From assembly GCA_003565135.1 (NCBI GenBank), contig PXDC01000053.1, forward strand, positions 1-43,990: 43,990 nt of DNA. The letters are read 5' to 3'. Shown one piece after another: positions 33,641 through 43,835 of this stretch. A program made the translations under genes and the position numbers. The first letter of the stretch is position 1; each line of letters begins with the position of its first letter. The stretch comes from Verrucomicrobiota bacterium. GTDB lineage: Bacteria > Verrucomicrobiota > Verrucomicrobiia > Opitutales > T3Sed10-336. The notes under the pieces were generated by a model, which did not search any database, was not told the origin of the DNA, and was given only the letters and a program-made list of their open reading frames with translations.

Positions 33641-34594
33641 TCAATCCTCGATACTGCCTCCGCCCTTTTTCCAATTGAGCAGGGTCAAACCGAATATCAG
33701 AACGAACAGGATCCATGAAATGGTGGCGGCATAACCCATTTCAAAATCCTGGTAAGCCTTCAGGTAAATATAATATCCCAACGTGGTGGACGCCCCGAAG
33801 GGACCTCCCTCCGTCATGACCATGACCGCCTCCGCCCCCCACTGGAGCCCGTTGATGATACCGATGGTAAACAGGAAGAACGTGACCGGCATAACGGAAG
33901 GCCAGGTAACGGCCCAGAAACTCTGCCAGGGGTTGGCCCCGTCAATTTCGGCCGCCTCGTAAAGCTCGGTGTTCACGTTGCGCAGGGCGGCTATGTAGAG
34001 AACCATCCCGACCCCGCCGATCATGATCCATATCTGCATGATAATGATAGCGGGCTTGACCCAGTTGGGGTCGGTCAGCCAGTTGGGCCCGTCGATCCCG
34101 ATAAACGCGAGAATCGAGTTAAAGAGCCCGTAATCGGGATTGTAAATCCACCGCCAGAGATAATAGATGGCAATCCCCGCAAGGATGCTGGGAAGAAAGA
34201 AAACCAACCGGTACACGTAGGTGAACCGGATATTTTTCACCAGGATCAGGGCCACGATGAGCGAGGTCGCGATATTGATCGGCAGGCTCATCAACATGAA
34301 GATGGTGTTGTAAAGGTATTTCCAGAAATCGGGATCGTTCGCCCGAACGCCGTCAACGCTCCGGTGAAAGCCGATCAGCTCCCAGAAATTGCCCAAACCG
34401 ACCCATTGCGGCGGCGTCAACAGGTCCCAGGAAGTAAAACTGAGCAACAGGGAGGCGAGAACCGGTCCGGCAGTGAAGGCGAAAAAACCAATGATATTCG
34501 GCAGCAGGAAAGCCAGCGCGATCAGGGTCTCCCGTCTGCGAATGCCACTGCCCTTCATTCGCCGAAACCTCCTGTCGGTCTCAAAACGGAACAA
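33641..34594 (-). CDS. Carbohydrate ABC transporter permease (MalF/UgpA-like)
   Basis: FLLPN, WVGLGNF, FFLPSI, GLFN, ELYEAAEIDGA and MGYAA. The start may be ATG 34558. Confidence 0.93.
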   Translation of the reverse strand: MFRFETDRRFRRMKGSGIRRRETLIALAFLLPNIIGFFAFTAGPVLASLLLSFTSWDLLTPPQWVGLGNFWELIGFHRSVDGVRANDPDFWKYLYNTIFMLMSLPINIATSLIVALILVKNIRFTYVYRLVFFLPSILAGIAIYYLWRWIYNPDYGLFNSILAFIGIDGPNWLTDPNWVKPAIIIMQIWIMIGGVGMVLYIAALRNVNTELYEAAEIDGANPWQSFWAVTWPSVMPVTFFLFTIGIINGLQWGAEAVMVMTEGGPFGASTTLGYYIYLKAYQDFEMGYAATISWILFVLIFGLTLLNWKKGGGSIED

Positions 34595-34730
34595 TCTTCT
34601 GCTCGTGCGTGCAAATCCATAACCCCGGTTACTGAATCAAAGCCGTCATTAAAAGCGTTCGACCGGATCGTGCCAATCCAGAAATGAACAAAACGCCCGG
34701 ATTCGGAACCCGAAACCGGGCCGGAGCATC

Positions 34731-35501
34731 TCAACCTTTCGCCGCCGTGTAACGACGCGCCACGTCATCCCAATCAACGACGTTCATGAACGCGTCGACG
34801 TAGTCGCCGCGGCGGTTTTGATAGCGAAGGTAGTAGGCATGCTCCCAGACATCGATCGCGAGGAGAGGAACGACGCCATGAACGGTGATATCGTGATGTT
34901 TTTCCGCCTGCAGGACCACCAGTCGCCCGCTTAACGGCTCGTATCCGAGGATTCCCCAACCGCTGGCCTCGACCGCGCCGGAGGCCGCCTTGAACAGCCG
35001 CGCAAAATTCCCGAAGCTGCCGAAACTCTCGTCCACCGCCTCGGCCAGCTCGCCCGTCGGCTCGCCTCCACCGCCGGGCTTCATGTTGTTCCAGAAGAGC
35101 ACATGCAGCGAATGCCCGGACCCGTGAAACGCCAGTTCCCGCGTCCAGTGCTTGACCAGACCGGGATCCCCGTCGCCGGAGGCAATCGCATCGAGCTTTT
35201 CCAACGCGTTGTTGGCCCCGTTCACGTATCCATTGTGGTGAATGCTGTGATGCAGCTCCATGGTCTGGGCGTCGATGTACGGTTCCAGAGCATCGTAGGC
35301 GTAATCCAGGGGAGGAAGGACGAACTTGCCGTCTTTAAACCCGATTTCACTTTCCCTGGGCTCCCTCCGGCCGTGGTCGGCGGCGGCGGCAGTCGATGCG
35401 ATAAACGGGGCCGCGCCCAGGGCCGCCGCTCCCAGACCCAGTTTTTTGACGAGATCGCGGCGCGGAAGTTTTTGTGCGAGAAATTCGTTGGTGTCGCTCA
35501 T
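34731..35501 (-). CDS. Fe/Mn superoxide dismutase with a twin-arginine (Tat) signal peptide
   Basis: LPPLDYAYDALEPYID, HHSIHH, AFHGSGH and DVWEHAYY. N-terminal LPRRDLVKKLGLGAAALGAAPFIASTAAA. ATG 35501 is preceded by GGAG. Confidence 0.93.
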   Translation of the reverse strand: MSDTNEFLAQKLPRRDLVKKLGLGAAALGAAPFIASTAAAADHGRREPRESEIGFKDGKFVLPPLDYAYDALEPYIDAQTMELHHSIHHNGYVNGANNALEKLDAIASGDGDPGLVKHWTRELAFHGSGHSLHVLFWNNMKPGGGGEPTGELAEAVDESFGSFGNFARLFKAASGAVEASGWGILGYEPLSGRLVVLQAEKHHDITVHGVVPLLAIDVWEHAYYLRYQNRRGDYVDAFMNVVDWDDVARRYTAAKG

Positions 35502-35661
35502 GGTTTCTCCGGGTTTCGGGTTAATATTGCCTGATTCGCAAGCCCGATTAGGCCAAATCCACCGCCCGGATGCAACCTTGGAACCTGAAATCCGCCGCGA
35601 AAAAACAAAAACCGCGAACGGACCGGCCCCCGGCAACGCCCGCCGCCCGTCCATCACAGCC

Positions 35662-37110
35662 TTACAGCTTGCCCAGTTCCTCCCGCAGAACCTGGTCGAC
35701 CACCTGCGGGTTGGCCTTGCCGCGGGTGGCCTTCATGACCTGCCCTTTGAGAAAATTAATGGCGTTCTCCTTCCCCGCTTTATAGTCCTCAACCGACTTG
35801 GGATTGGCCCCGATCACCTCGCGGCAGACCGCCGTCAATTCGCCCGTATCGCTCGACTGCTTGAGTCCCTTGTTTTCCACGATCTCCTCGGGCCGCTCGC
35901 CGGTCCGGAACATCTCGACGAATACCTCCTTGGCGATGTTGTTGGAGATAACCCCTCCGTCGACCAGTTTGACCAGGCCGGCAACGTGTTCCGGACGCAA
36001 CTTGCTTTCGTCGATGCCGATCCCGGCGGCGGACAACTCGCGCAGGAGGTCATTGGCGATCCAGTTGGCCGCGGCCTTGGGCTGCCCGCATTTTTCCGCC
36101 GCGTCCTCGAAGAACGCGGCCAACCGGTGATCGGGAACCAGCACCGACGTCAGCGTGTACGGGAGGTCGTGTTCTTCAAAGTAACGTCTTTGACGCTCGT
36201 AGGGAAGTTCGGGAAGGGTCGCCCGCAGATTCTCCAGCCACTCCCGGTTCACCCTCACGGGCATGAGATCCGGGTCGGGAAAATAGCGGTAGTCGTGCGC
36301 CATTTCCTTGGTTCGCATGAGGGTCGCCGCTCCGGCCTCGGCATCCCACCGCCGGGTTTCCTGGATAACCTGTCCACCCGCCTCGACCACCTTGATCTGG
36401 CGCTGGATCTCGTAATCGATACCATTGCGCACGCCGGAAATGCTGTTGAGGTTTTTCAGCTCAACTTTGACCCCAAGCGTATCCGACCCCCGGGGACGAA
36501 TGCTGATATTGGCGTCGCAGCGAAGCTGCCCTTTTTCCATATCGCAATCGGAAATGCCACCGCAGATCATGATCTGCTTCAAAGCGGTAAGATAGGCGTA
36601 GGCCTCGTCACCGGACGACATATCCGGCTCGCTCACAATCTCCATCAAAGGCGTACCGGCCCGATTGTAGTCGACCAGGCTGTCATCGTCGAAGTGATTG
36701 AGTTTGCCGACATCCTCTTCCAGGTGAATCCGGGTCAGTGCCACAAACTTGTGTTTGCCCATGACATTCCGCGACGGACCCGGGAGTTCGATTTCGAGTT
36801 TTCCCCCGATGCAAATGGGTTGGTCGTACTGGGATATCTGGTAGTTCTTCGGGCTGTCGGGGTAAAAGTAATTTTTCCGGTCCCATTTGCATACGGGCGC
36901 GATATCGCATCCCAGCATAAGCCCGGTCTTGATGATCTGATCGATGGCCCGCTTGTTCATGACCGGCAAGGTTCCCGGCAGGCCGAGCACAACCGGGTCC
37001 GTCAGTGTGTTGGGTTCGTGCCCGTACCCGGCCGCGACAGGTGAAAACATTTTGGATTCCGTCTTGATCTGGACGTGTACCTCGAGACCGATGACCGCTT
37101 CGTAGTTCAT
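35662..37110 (-). CDS. gatB: Asp-tRNA(Asn)/Glu-tRNA(Gln) amidotransferase subunit B
   Basis: IGLEVHVQ, RKNYFYPDSPKNYQISQ, NRAGTPLMEIVSEP and YRYFPDPDL. Confidence 0.98.
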   Translation of the reverse strand: MNYEAVIGLEVHVQIKTESKMFSPVAAGYGHEPNTLTDPVVLGLPGTLPVMNKRAIDQIIKTGLMLGCDIAPVCKWDRKNYFYPDSPKNYQISQYDQPICIGGKLEIELPGPSRNVMGKHKFVALTRIHLEEDVGKLNHFDDDSLVDYNRAGTPLMEIVSEPDMSSGDEAYAYLTALKQIMICGGISDCDMEKGQLRCDANISIRPRGSDTLGVKVELKNLNSISGVRNGIDYEIQRQIKVVEAGGQVIQETRRWDAEAGAATLMRTKEMAHDYRYFPDPDLMPVRVNREWLENLRATLPELPYERQRRYFEEHDLPYTLTSVLVPDHRLAAFFEDAAEKCGQPKAAANWIANDLLRELSAAGIGIDESKLRPEHVAGLVKLVDGGVISNNIAKEVFVEMFRTGERPEEIVENKGLKQSSDTGELTAVCREVIGANPKSVEDYKAGKENAINFLKGQVMKATRGKANPQVVDQVLREELGKL

Positions 37111-37187
37111 GGATTAATCTTCAAAGTTCCTGGCTCGACGTGCAGGATTCCGGATTCAGGTATCGCTTCGAACGCCCCATCCGCTTC

Positions 37188-38654
37188 TCACAATCCCGGA
37201 TGTTTCGCATGGTAATCATGGGCTTCTTCAAACCGGCGGGCGATGGCGAAGAGGTCCGCCTCCTGATAGGGGCGACCGAGAATCTGCAGCCCGATGGGGA
37301 GCCCGTCCCCGCTGAAGCCGCAGGGTATGGAAATGCCGGGGATGCCCGCGAGGTTGGCCCCGATGGTGTAAATGTCACTGAGGTACATCCGGAGGGGATC
37401 GTCTGTTTTCTCCCCCTTCCGGAAGGCCGGTGCCGGGGTGGTGGGCGTCAGAAGCGCATCGACCTGGTTATACGCCTTGAGAAAGTCCCCCCGTATAAGG
37501 GTCCTCACCTTCTGCGCCTTCAAGTAATAAGCGTCATAATAGCCACTGCTGAGAACGTATGTGCCGAGGATAACCCTTCGTTTGACCTCCTCCCCGAACC
37601 CTTCGGCCCGGCTCCGGAAATAAAGATCGATGGCATCGGTCGCCTCGGAACTGCGATGGGTGTAGCGAATCCCGTCGTAACGGGCCAGGTTGGACGATGC
37701 CTCGGCGGTGGCTATGATGTAATAAACCCCGACCGCGTACTCGGTATGCGGCAAGGACACCTCCACGATTTCGCATCCTTCTTTGCGGTAAAAATCGATC
37801 GCGGCCCGAACCGCCTTTTCCACTTCGGGATCGAGACCCTCGCCGAAATACTCCGACGGGATCCCCAGTTTCCACGGCCCGCGATTTTCCTGCAACGCCG
37901 CACGGTAGTCGGGGATATCGGTTTTGTAGGAAGTGGAATCGCGCCGATCGTACCCGGCCACCGCCTGGAGCAGGATCGCCGCATCCTCCACCGTGTGCGC
38001 GAACGGCCCTACCTGGTCCAGGGAGGAGGCGAAGGCAACCAGCCCGTAGCGCGAAACCAGTCCATAGGTCGGCTTCATGCCGACCACACCGCAGAGCGCC
38101 GCCGGTTGCCGAATGGACCCGCCGGTATCGCTTCCCAGGGTCAGGGGTGCCTCCCCGGCCGCCACGCAGGCGGCACTTCCACCGCTGCTCCCGCCGGGAA
38201 TACAATCGGTATTCCAGGGGTTGGCCGTCGTCTTGACCGAAGAATTTTCCGTGGATGACCCCATGGCAAACTCGTCCATGTTGAGCCGGCCCCATGGGAT
38301 CGCCCCGGCCGCTTTAAGTTTCCCGATCGCGGTCGCGTCGTAGGGGGAGACAAAATCACCCAGCATCCGGCTGGCACACGTCAAGGGCTGCCCTTCCACT
38401 GCCAGAATATCCTTGATCCCGACCGGGATTCCGTCGAGCGGGCCCAGCGCCTCACCGCCCTCGCGCCGCGCGTCCGAGGCCCGGGCCCGGGCCAGCGCGT
38501 CGTCCTCGTCAAAACTGATAAACGCGCCCACGGTCCCATCGACCGCCCGGGTTCGTTCGATCACGGCCCGGACGAGCTCCAGGGACGAGATTTTTTTTGC
38601 CTCCAGCTCCCGGCTTAATGCGGAAGCGGTCCGGTAGTACAACGGGTCCGACAT
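37188..38654 (-). CDS. gatA: Asp-tRNA(Asn)/Glu-tRNA(Gln) amidotransferase subunit A
   Basis: Amidase signature [19 protein letters not shown] and SSNLARYDG. Confidence 0.98.
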   Translation of the reverse strand: MSDPLYYRTASALSRELEAKKISSLELVRAVIERTRAVDGTVGAFISFDEDDALARARASDARREGGEALGPLDGIPVGIKDILAVEGQPLTCASRMLGDFVSPYDATAIGKLKAAGAIPWGRLNMDEFAMGSSTENSSVKTTANPWNTDCIPGGSSGGSAACVAAGEAPLTLGSDTGGSIRQPAALCGVVGMKPTYGLVSRYGLVAFASSLDQVGPFAHTVEDAAILLQAVAGYDRRDSTSYKTDIPDYRAALQENRGPWKLGIPSEYFGEGLDPEVEKAVRAAIDFYRKEGCEIVEVSLPHTEYAVGVYYIIATAEASSNLARYDGIRYTHRSSEATDAIDLYFRSRAEGFGEEVKRRVILGTYVLSSGYYDAYYLKAQKVRTLIRGDFLKAYNQVDALLTPTTPAPAFRKGEKTDDPLRMYLSDIYTIGANLAGIPGISIPCGFSGDGLPIGLQILGRPYQEADLFAIARRFEEAHDYHAKHPGL

Positions 38655-38671
38655 GCGTCAAGGTTCCTTTC

Positions 38672-38965
38672 CTACTCCACCACTTTGGGCACGGCGATCA
38701 TGTTGCGGCGCACCGCGGGCGCATTTTTCAGCGCGGTTTCCACCGGGAAACCGGGTTCCGCGGCATCTTCGCGCCACACATTCTCCAGCGGAAACGCGTG
38801 TGCGGTCGGCTCGACTCCGGATACATCCACCGTATTCAACTTTTCGATATATTTCAAAACATCGCCCAGCTGTCCCGAAAACCGCTCCTTTTCCTGATCG
38901 GTAAGGGCGATCCGGGCCAGGTTGGCCACGTAGTCGATGTCGATTCCGTCGCTGTCGTTTGCCAT
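38672..38965 (-). CDS. gatC: Asp-tRNA(Asn)/Glu-tRNA(Gln) amidotransferase subunit C
   Basis: YVANLARI, VEPTAH, REDA, NAP and VPKVVE; lies directly upstream of gatA. Confidence 0.95.
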   Translation of the reverse strand: MANDSDGIDIDYVANLARIALTDQEKERFSGQLGDVLKYIEKLNTVDVSGVEPTAHAFPLENVWREDAAEPGFPVETALKNAPAVRRNMIAVPKVVE

Positions 38966-38968
38966 GAT

Positions 38969-41424
38969 TTACTTTCGGATCCGGTAGTCGGTTTGGTTCG
39001 AAACAGCATCCTGAATCCCGGCGAATACCGTATTGACTTCCTCTTCGGTAAGCGTGCGGTCGACCGCACGGAAAACAAGGGAAAATGCGAGGCTCTTACT
39101 GCCTTCGGGAACGCCTTTGCCCTCGTAGAGGTCGAAAACCTCGACGTTTTCCAGCGCAAACTTATCCCCGGTGGCATGGCGTCCGAATGCTTCGAGTTTT
39201 CGCCGCACGGTTTCGGCCTGTTCGCGCGACGGAACCAGGAGGGAAAGATCGCGTTCGGCCGCGGGATAAACGCTAAAGGGCCGGAACGTTTTCCGCGGCG
39301 GCGTCCGGGAGAGCTGCTCCGGGAGCACCTCCAGGATACCCCCAACCACGGTACCCTCCAGCCCGTAGGCCTTCAACAGCGCCAGGTTCAACAACCCCAG
39401 GCGCGCCTCGGCACCCCTGGACAGATCCCCCAGTTTCGCGGAGTGGCCCTCCTGCCAGGCGGAATTCGTCAAAGGCACCGGACTGATTTCCTCTTCGCTC
39501 ATATCAAATCCGGCCATACGCGAGAGATTGAGCACCAGGTTCTTGGCCGTGAAGAAATCCGCCGGTTCACGCATCTTCCAGGCGCGTTCATCATCGGCAT
39601 TGAGAATGACAAACGCCAGGGTCACCACTTCCACCACGGCCCCGTCGAGCTCGCGAAAAGTCCGGCCCCGCTCGAAAAACCGCGTCCCCCCGGTTTTCCG
39701 GTGGCGGTTGAGCCGCAGCACGTCGAGCAGACCGGGAATGAGGGACCAGCGCAGGTGTGACTGGTCCGAGCTCAGGGGGTTGGACAAACGCAGCGAATCG
39801 ATGCCCGCATTGGAGAACCATTTCTTGAGTTCCTCACCGGAACGAAGCGAGTAGTTGAAGCACTCGTTGAAATACTGACCCACCAGGAAATCGGCAGCCA
39901 GGCGGTTGAAAACCACCTGGCGGTCATCGTCCGCGTCGAGCCCCCGGCTAACCACCGTCGCCTCGGGAATCTTGTCGGTGCCATGGATGCGCACCACCTC
40001 CTCCACCAGGTCGATGGGCGTCTCCAGGTCGGTCCGGAAACTGGGGATCCGCACCGTCCAATAAACTTCCATGTCACGATTTTCGTGCCGGGACACATCC
40101 AGTTCAAGCGATCCCAGAATCTCCTCGATGGTTCGGTCCGGAATATCAAATCCGCACCGCCGCCGCACAAAATCAAAATCGAGCGTGATCTCCTGTTCGA
40201 GCTCCGGCTCGTGCCCCACCTGGATCTCCGCGGTATCGATCGTCCCCCCGGCGATCTCCAGGATCAGATCCAAGGCCCGCTGGGCGGCATACTTTACCCC
40301 GCGGGGATCGACACCCCGTTCGAAGCGGTAGGAGCTGTCCGTAGAGAGGTTGAGGCGCCGCGACGTACGCCGGATAGACGAGGCGCGAAAATACGCCGCC
40401 TCAAGCACGATATCGGTGGTGCCGTCATCGACCTCGGCATCGATACTCCCCATGACACCGGCCACGACCAGCGGCTTCGCGCGTCCGCGATCACCATCAT
40501 CCGCTTGCCGAGTTCACGTTCACGGTCATCCAACGTGACGATCTTTTCCCCCTCCACGGCGTGCCGTATAACCAGCTTTTTCCCTTCGATCTTGGCGGCA
40601 TCGAAGGCGTGGAGGGGTTGTCCGAGTTCCAGCAGCACGTAATTGGTGATATCCACCACGTTGTTGACCGGCCTCAACCCGACGGCGGTCAGCGACCGCT
40701 GCAGCCACTCCGGGCTGGGAGCCAGCTTCACCCCGGTCACCGTATAGGCGAGATAGAGCGGGCAATCCTCCTCCGCCTCGACACTCACCGCATCCAGGAG
40801 CCGCCGGGAAGAAGGTTTCTCCGCGGGGGCAAGGGAATGAGTGAGCGTCGGGTAGCGCAGTTCCAGACCGAAATAAGCGGCCAGTTCGCGGGCGATGCCG
40901 AGGTGGCTCAGGCAATCCGGACGATTCGGCGTTACTTCGACATCGTAAACAACGTCCCCGCCCGGAAAAACCTGGTTGATCGGGGTGCCGATTTCCGGGC
41001 GCCCGTCGAGGATGAGAAGCCCTTCGGCATCGTCGTCGATACCGAGCTCGTTGCCGCTGCAGAGCATACCCTCCGACCGGACGCCGCGGAGTTTCGAGGC
41101 CTTGATCCTGAAGCCGCCCGGCAGGGTGGCTCCGGGAAGCGCCACCGGCACCCGGTCACCGACCCGGTAATTGTTCGCCCCGCACACGATCGTCGACGGT
41201 TCGGCCCCCGCTGCGACAGCCACGCGGCAGACGCTCAAACGATCGGCGTTGGGATGCGGTTCGGAAGCCAGCACCTCCCCGACCACCACCTCCGGCATAT
41301 CGGGCAATCCCGTCTTCTCCACGCCCTCGACCTCGAAACCGATCAGGGTCAACGCCTCCTCGATCGCCTCCGGCGAATGGTCGAGATCAACGTATTGCTG
41401 GAGCCACTGAGTACTGAGCTTCAT
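38969..41424 (-). CDS. pheT: Phenylalanine--tRNA ligase beta subunit, split by a 1-nt frameshift near 40478-40480
   Basis: ORF 40294..41424 has HPNADRL, VCGA, SEGMLCS and TPNRPDCLS. ORF 38969..40465 has AGVMG, SYRFERG, RTDL..PIDLVEE and the FDX-ACB C-terminus. Adding one base restores MVIADAxKPLVVAGVMG. Confidence 0.93.
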
Positions 41425-42464
41425 CAGGCAAACTGTTGCAGGAAACGGAGGTCGTTCTGGTAAAAATAACGGATGTCATCGACCCCGTACAGGATCATGG
41501 CAATCCGCTCGATACCCATGCCGAAAGCAAACCCGGAATATTCCTCCGGGTCGTAGCCGACCGATTCGAACACGGAGGGGTGCACGAGCCCGCAACCGGC
41601 GATCTCGATCCAGCGACTCCCGAGCTTCTCGAGGTGGGAGGACGAGAAATCCACTTCAAAGCTCGGTTCGGTATAGGGAAAAAAATGGGGCCGAAACCGC
41701 GTGCGGGCATCCTTGCCCAGGAGCGAGCGAATGAAATAGTCGAGCATCGCCTTGAGGTCTTTGACGGACACATCCCGGTCCACGTAAAGCCCCTCGATCT
41801 GGTGGAAATTGGCGCTGTGGGTGGCGTCCGCCGTATCCCTGCGAAAACAGCGGCCGGGCGAAATCACGCGAACCGGGGGAGCCGTTCGGAGCATGTGGCG
41901 AATCTGGACCGACGAGGTATGGGTGCGCAACAGGTACCGTTCCCGGTTTTTTTTGGACACGTTGCCGAATCGGGCCGATTCCGGAAGGTAGTAGGTGTCC
42001 TGCAGGTCTCGTGCCGGGTGATCCGACGGCGTGTTCAGGGCATCGAAACAATAGTACTCGGTCTCGACCTCGGGACCCTCCACCACGGAAAAACCGACCT
42101 TGCGAAAGAGCGAACAGATCTCATCGCGCACCCGGGCCAGCGGATGCAGGGATCCCGGCCCCCCGTCCGGTGACGCAAGGGACGGATCGACCGGCGGTCC
42201 CAGGCGGGCCGCGGACTCCCGCTCCTCGATGGATCTGAGGAGTTCGGAAAAAAGCGATTCGAGCTCGGTCTTGACCTCGTTGAGGAGCCGTCCGATCTTC
42301 GGCTTGTCCTCCTTAGGCACCGCGGCCATCCCCTTCATGACCCCGGTCAGATCGCCTTTCGGCCCTACCAGGCGGGCCTTGAAGGATTCCAGGTCGGCCC
42401 GAGTCGCAACATCTTTCGCCCCCTGCGCCGCCCGTTCCCGAATGGACTGGAGCTTGTCTTCCAT
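41424..42464 (-). CDS. pheS: Phenylalanine--tRNA ligase alpha subunit
   Basis: HPARDLQDT, LRTHTS, DATHSANFHQIEGL, FPYTEPS and AFGMGIER; the stop overlaps the pheT start. Confidence 0.98.
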   Translation of the reverse strand: MEDKLQSIRERAAQGAKDVATRADLESFKARLVGPKGDLTGVMKGMAAVPKEDKPKIGRLLNEVKTELESLFSELLRSIEERESAARLGPPVDPSLASPDGGPGSLHPLARVRDEICSLFRKVGFSVVEGPEVETEYYCFDALNTPSDHPARDLQDTYYLPESARFGNVSKKNRERYLLRTHTSSVQIRHMLRTAPPVRVISPGRCFRRDTADATHSANFHQIEGLYVDRDVSVKDLKAMLDYFIRSLLGKDARTRFRPHFFPYTEPSFEVDFSSSHLEKLGSRWIEIAGCGLVHPSVFESVGYDPEEYSGFAFGMGIERIAMILYGVDDIRYFYQNDLRFLQQFA

Positions 42465-42487
42465 GCGCCGGATCCGCCGCGGGACCG

Positions 42488-42922
42488 TCAGGCCCCGGAT
42501 TCGGAATCGCCGGATTTAGCGGCTGTCCAGCTCCGGGTTGGCTTCAGCGTCGAGGCCTTCTGCTTGGAAGCCAATCCCTCCTTGGCTTTTTTGACCACGC
42601 CCTGAAACGCTTCCGGGTCCCGCACCGCCATATCGGCGAGCACTTTGCGGTCCAGATCGATTCCGGCCACGCGCAGCCCCTCCTGGAAACGGCTGTAGCT
42701 GATGCCGGCCTCGCGGCAGGCCGCGTTGATCCGGACGATCCAGAGTGAGCGCCAGGTGCGCTTCTTCAGGCGACGATGGTGGTAGGCGTATTGCCCCGCG
42801 TGCGCGACGGCTTCTTTGGCGTAGCGGTAAAGGCGGGATTTATTCCCGTAGTATCCCTTGGCCCGCTTGAGCATCTTCTTGCGGCGGCTGCGGGAGGCAG
42901 GCGAATTGGTGGCTCTTGGCAT
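42488..42922 (-). CDS. rplT: 50S ribosomal protein L20 (bL20)
   Basis: MPRATN...AKGYYG...[11 protein letters not shown]...DRKVLADMA; ATG 42922 preceded by AGGAG. Confidence 0.96.
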   Translation of the reverse strand: MPRATNSPASRSRRKKMLKRAKGYYGNKSRLYRYAKEAVAHAGQYAYHHRRLKKRTWRSLWIVRINAACREAGISYSRFQEGLRVAGIDLDRKVLADMAVRDPEAFQGVVKKAKEGLASKQKASTLKPTRSWTAAKSGDSESGA

Positions 42923-43012
42923 GGTTCGGCTCCTTCTTAATAAATCAAATCGACCGGCGTTCGGCCGCCGGAAACCCCCGGACACATCGTTCGTTCGGCG
43001 CGCGCGGAGGCG

Positions 43013-43207
43013 TCACCCGCCGAACGGCATCGACTTGCGAAACGAATCGGCATGGGTCTCGGAAACCAGTTTGGCCTGGCCGAGACGGCGCTTCTGTTTG
43101 CGGGTTTTCCGGGAGAGGAGGTGGCGCATTCCCGGGCTGCGACGGACCAGTTTTCCGGACCCGGTGAACTTAAAGCGCTTCGCGATCGACTTCTTCGTTT
43201 TCTGCAT
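43013..43207 (-). CDS. rpmI: 50S ribosomal protein L35 (bL35)
   Basis: KTKKSIAKRFKFTGSGK...RHLL...KQKRRL; directly upstream of rplT. Confidence 0.96.
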   Translation of the reverse strand: MQKTKKSIAKRFKFTGSGKLVRRSPGMRHLLSRKTRKQKRRLGQAKLVSETHADSFRKSMPFGG

Positions 43208-43326
43208 GGCTCAATTCAGTGAAAAGAGATGAATAAAAAGCACCCCGCAACCCTTGTAAAGAGCAAAGATGCCATTAATCCGGATTTGTGCCCAGCGGGG
43301 CGAAGCGACCCCGCCGCCACCACCCG

Positions 43327-43770
43327 TCAATCCGTCGGCAGCTTGTTGTCGGTGCGCAGGGCCAGGACCGGTACCTTGGTTTTGACCGCGACCTCCTGTT
43401 CCTTGAAAAACTTGGCCCCGACGCTCTCGATGGCCTCCCCCATGCTCAGGACGGGCAGTTTGCGGCCCCGGGGACTGGCGTTAAAATCGTAAGCCGCGCG
43501 CTGGATCCGTTCGGGCGCGCTGAGGGGACTTTCCTCTTCGGGAATCTGGATCACCCAGCCCACGATATCTTTTCCGGGAAGCTCGTTCTCCGGGTCCGAG
43601 AGGAGGATGACAAACTGCCGCTTTTTCTTCGGGGCCTTCTCGGCCTCTTTCTGCTGCTGCTCCTCCTCGATCTGCCGCTGAATGTCTTTCATGATCCGCT
43701 CCACCGTAGGCTGGGGCAGTTCGTTCTGGTTCAGGATCATGGCAACTTGATCGGTATCGATTTTCGGCAT
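43327..43770 (-). CDS. Hypothetical protein
   Basis: 147-aa ORF with RBS AAGGGG and natural-looking composition (helical N-terminus, QFVILLSDP, GWVIQIPE, AAYDFNAS, VKTKVPVL); no family recognised. Confidence 0.75.
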   Translation of the reverse strand: MPKIDTDQVAMILNQNELPQPTVERIMKDIQRQIEEEQQQKEAEKAPKKKRQFVILLSDPENELPGKDIVGWVIQIPEEESPLSAPERIQRAAYDFNASPRGRKLPVLSMGEAIESVGAKFFKEQEVAVKTKVPVLALRTDNKLPTD

Positions 43771-43812
43771 GGTTTCCCCTTATGTAAACTTCCGGCGGAT
43801 TCCTCAATTACA

Positions 43813-43833
43813 AATCCGGGGCAAACCCGGATT
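43813..43833 (-). terminator. Hairpin / probable terminator after the dGTPase-like gene
   Basis: AATCCGGG-gcaaa-CCCGGATT, an 8-bp stem starting 2 nt after the stop codon and followed by a U/A-rich tract on the minus strand. Confidence 0.5.
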
Positions 43834-43835
43834 AA

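Noticed and set aside
34660-34677. Sigma54 promoter candidates (TTGGCACG on the minus strand here; GGCACG near 13259; TTGGCA near 13227)
   Set aside because: A -24-like element is present but there is no GC at the required -12 position in any of them.
35326-37044. Long antisense or alternate-frame ORFs (e.g. 35326..37044 +, 10145..11617 +, 8790..10082 -, 14903..16195 -, 7015..8250 +)
   Set aside because: They overlap well-identified genes, have Arg/Pro/Gly-rich or mirror-codon composition and no motifs; expected shadow ORFs in high-GC DNA.
38969-41424. pheT as a true pseudogene or programmed frameshift
   Set aside because: Essential gene with a single lesion, no other decay and no slippery sequence; an artefact is more parsimonious.
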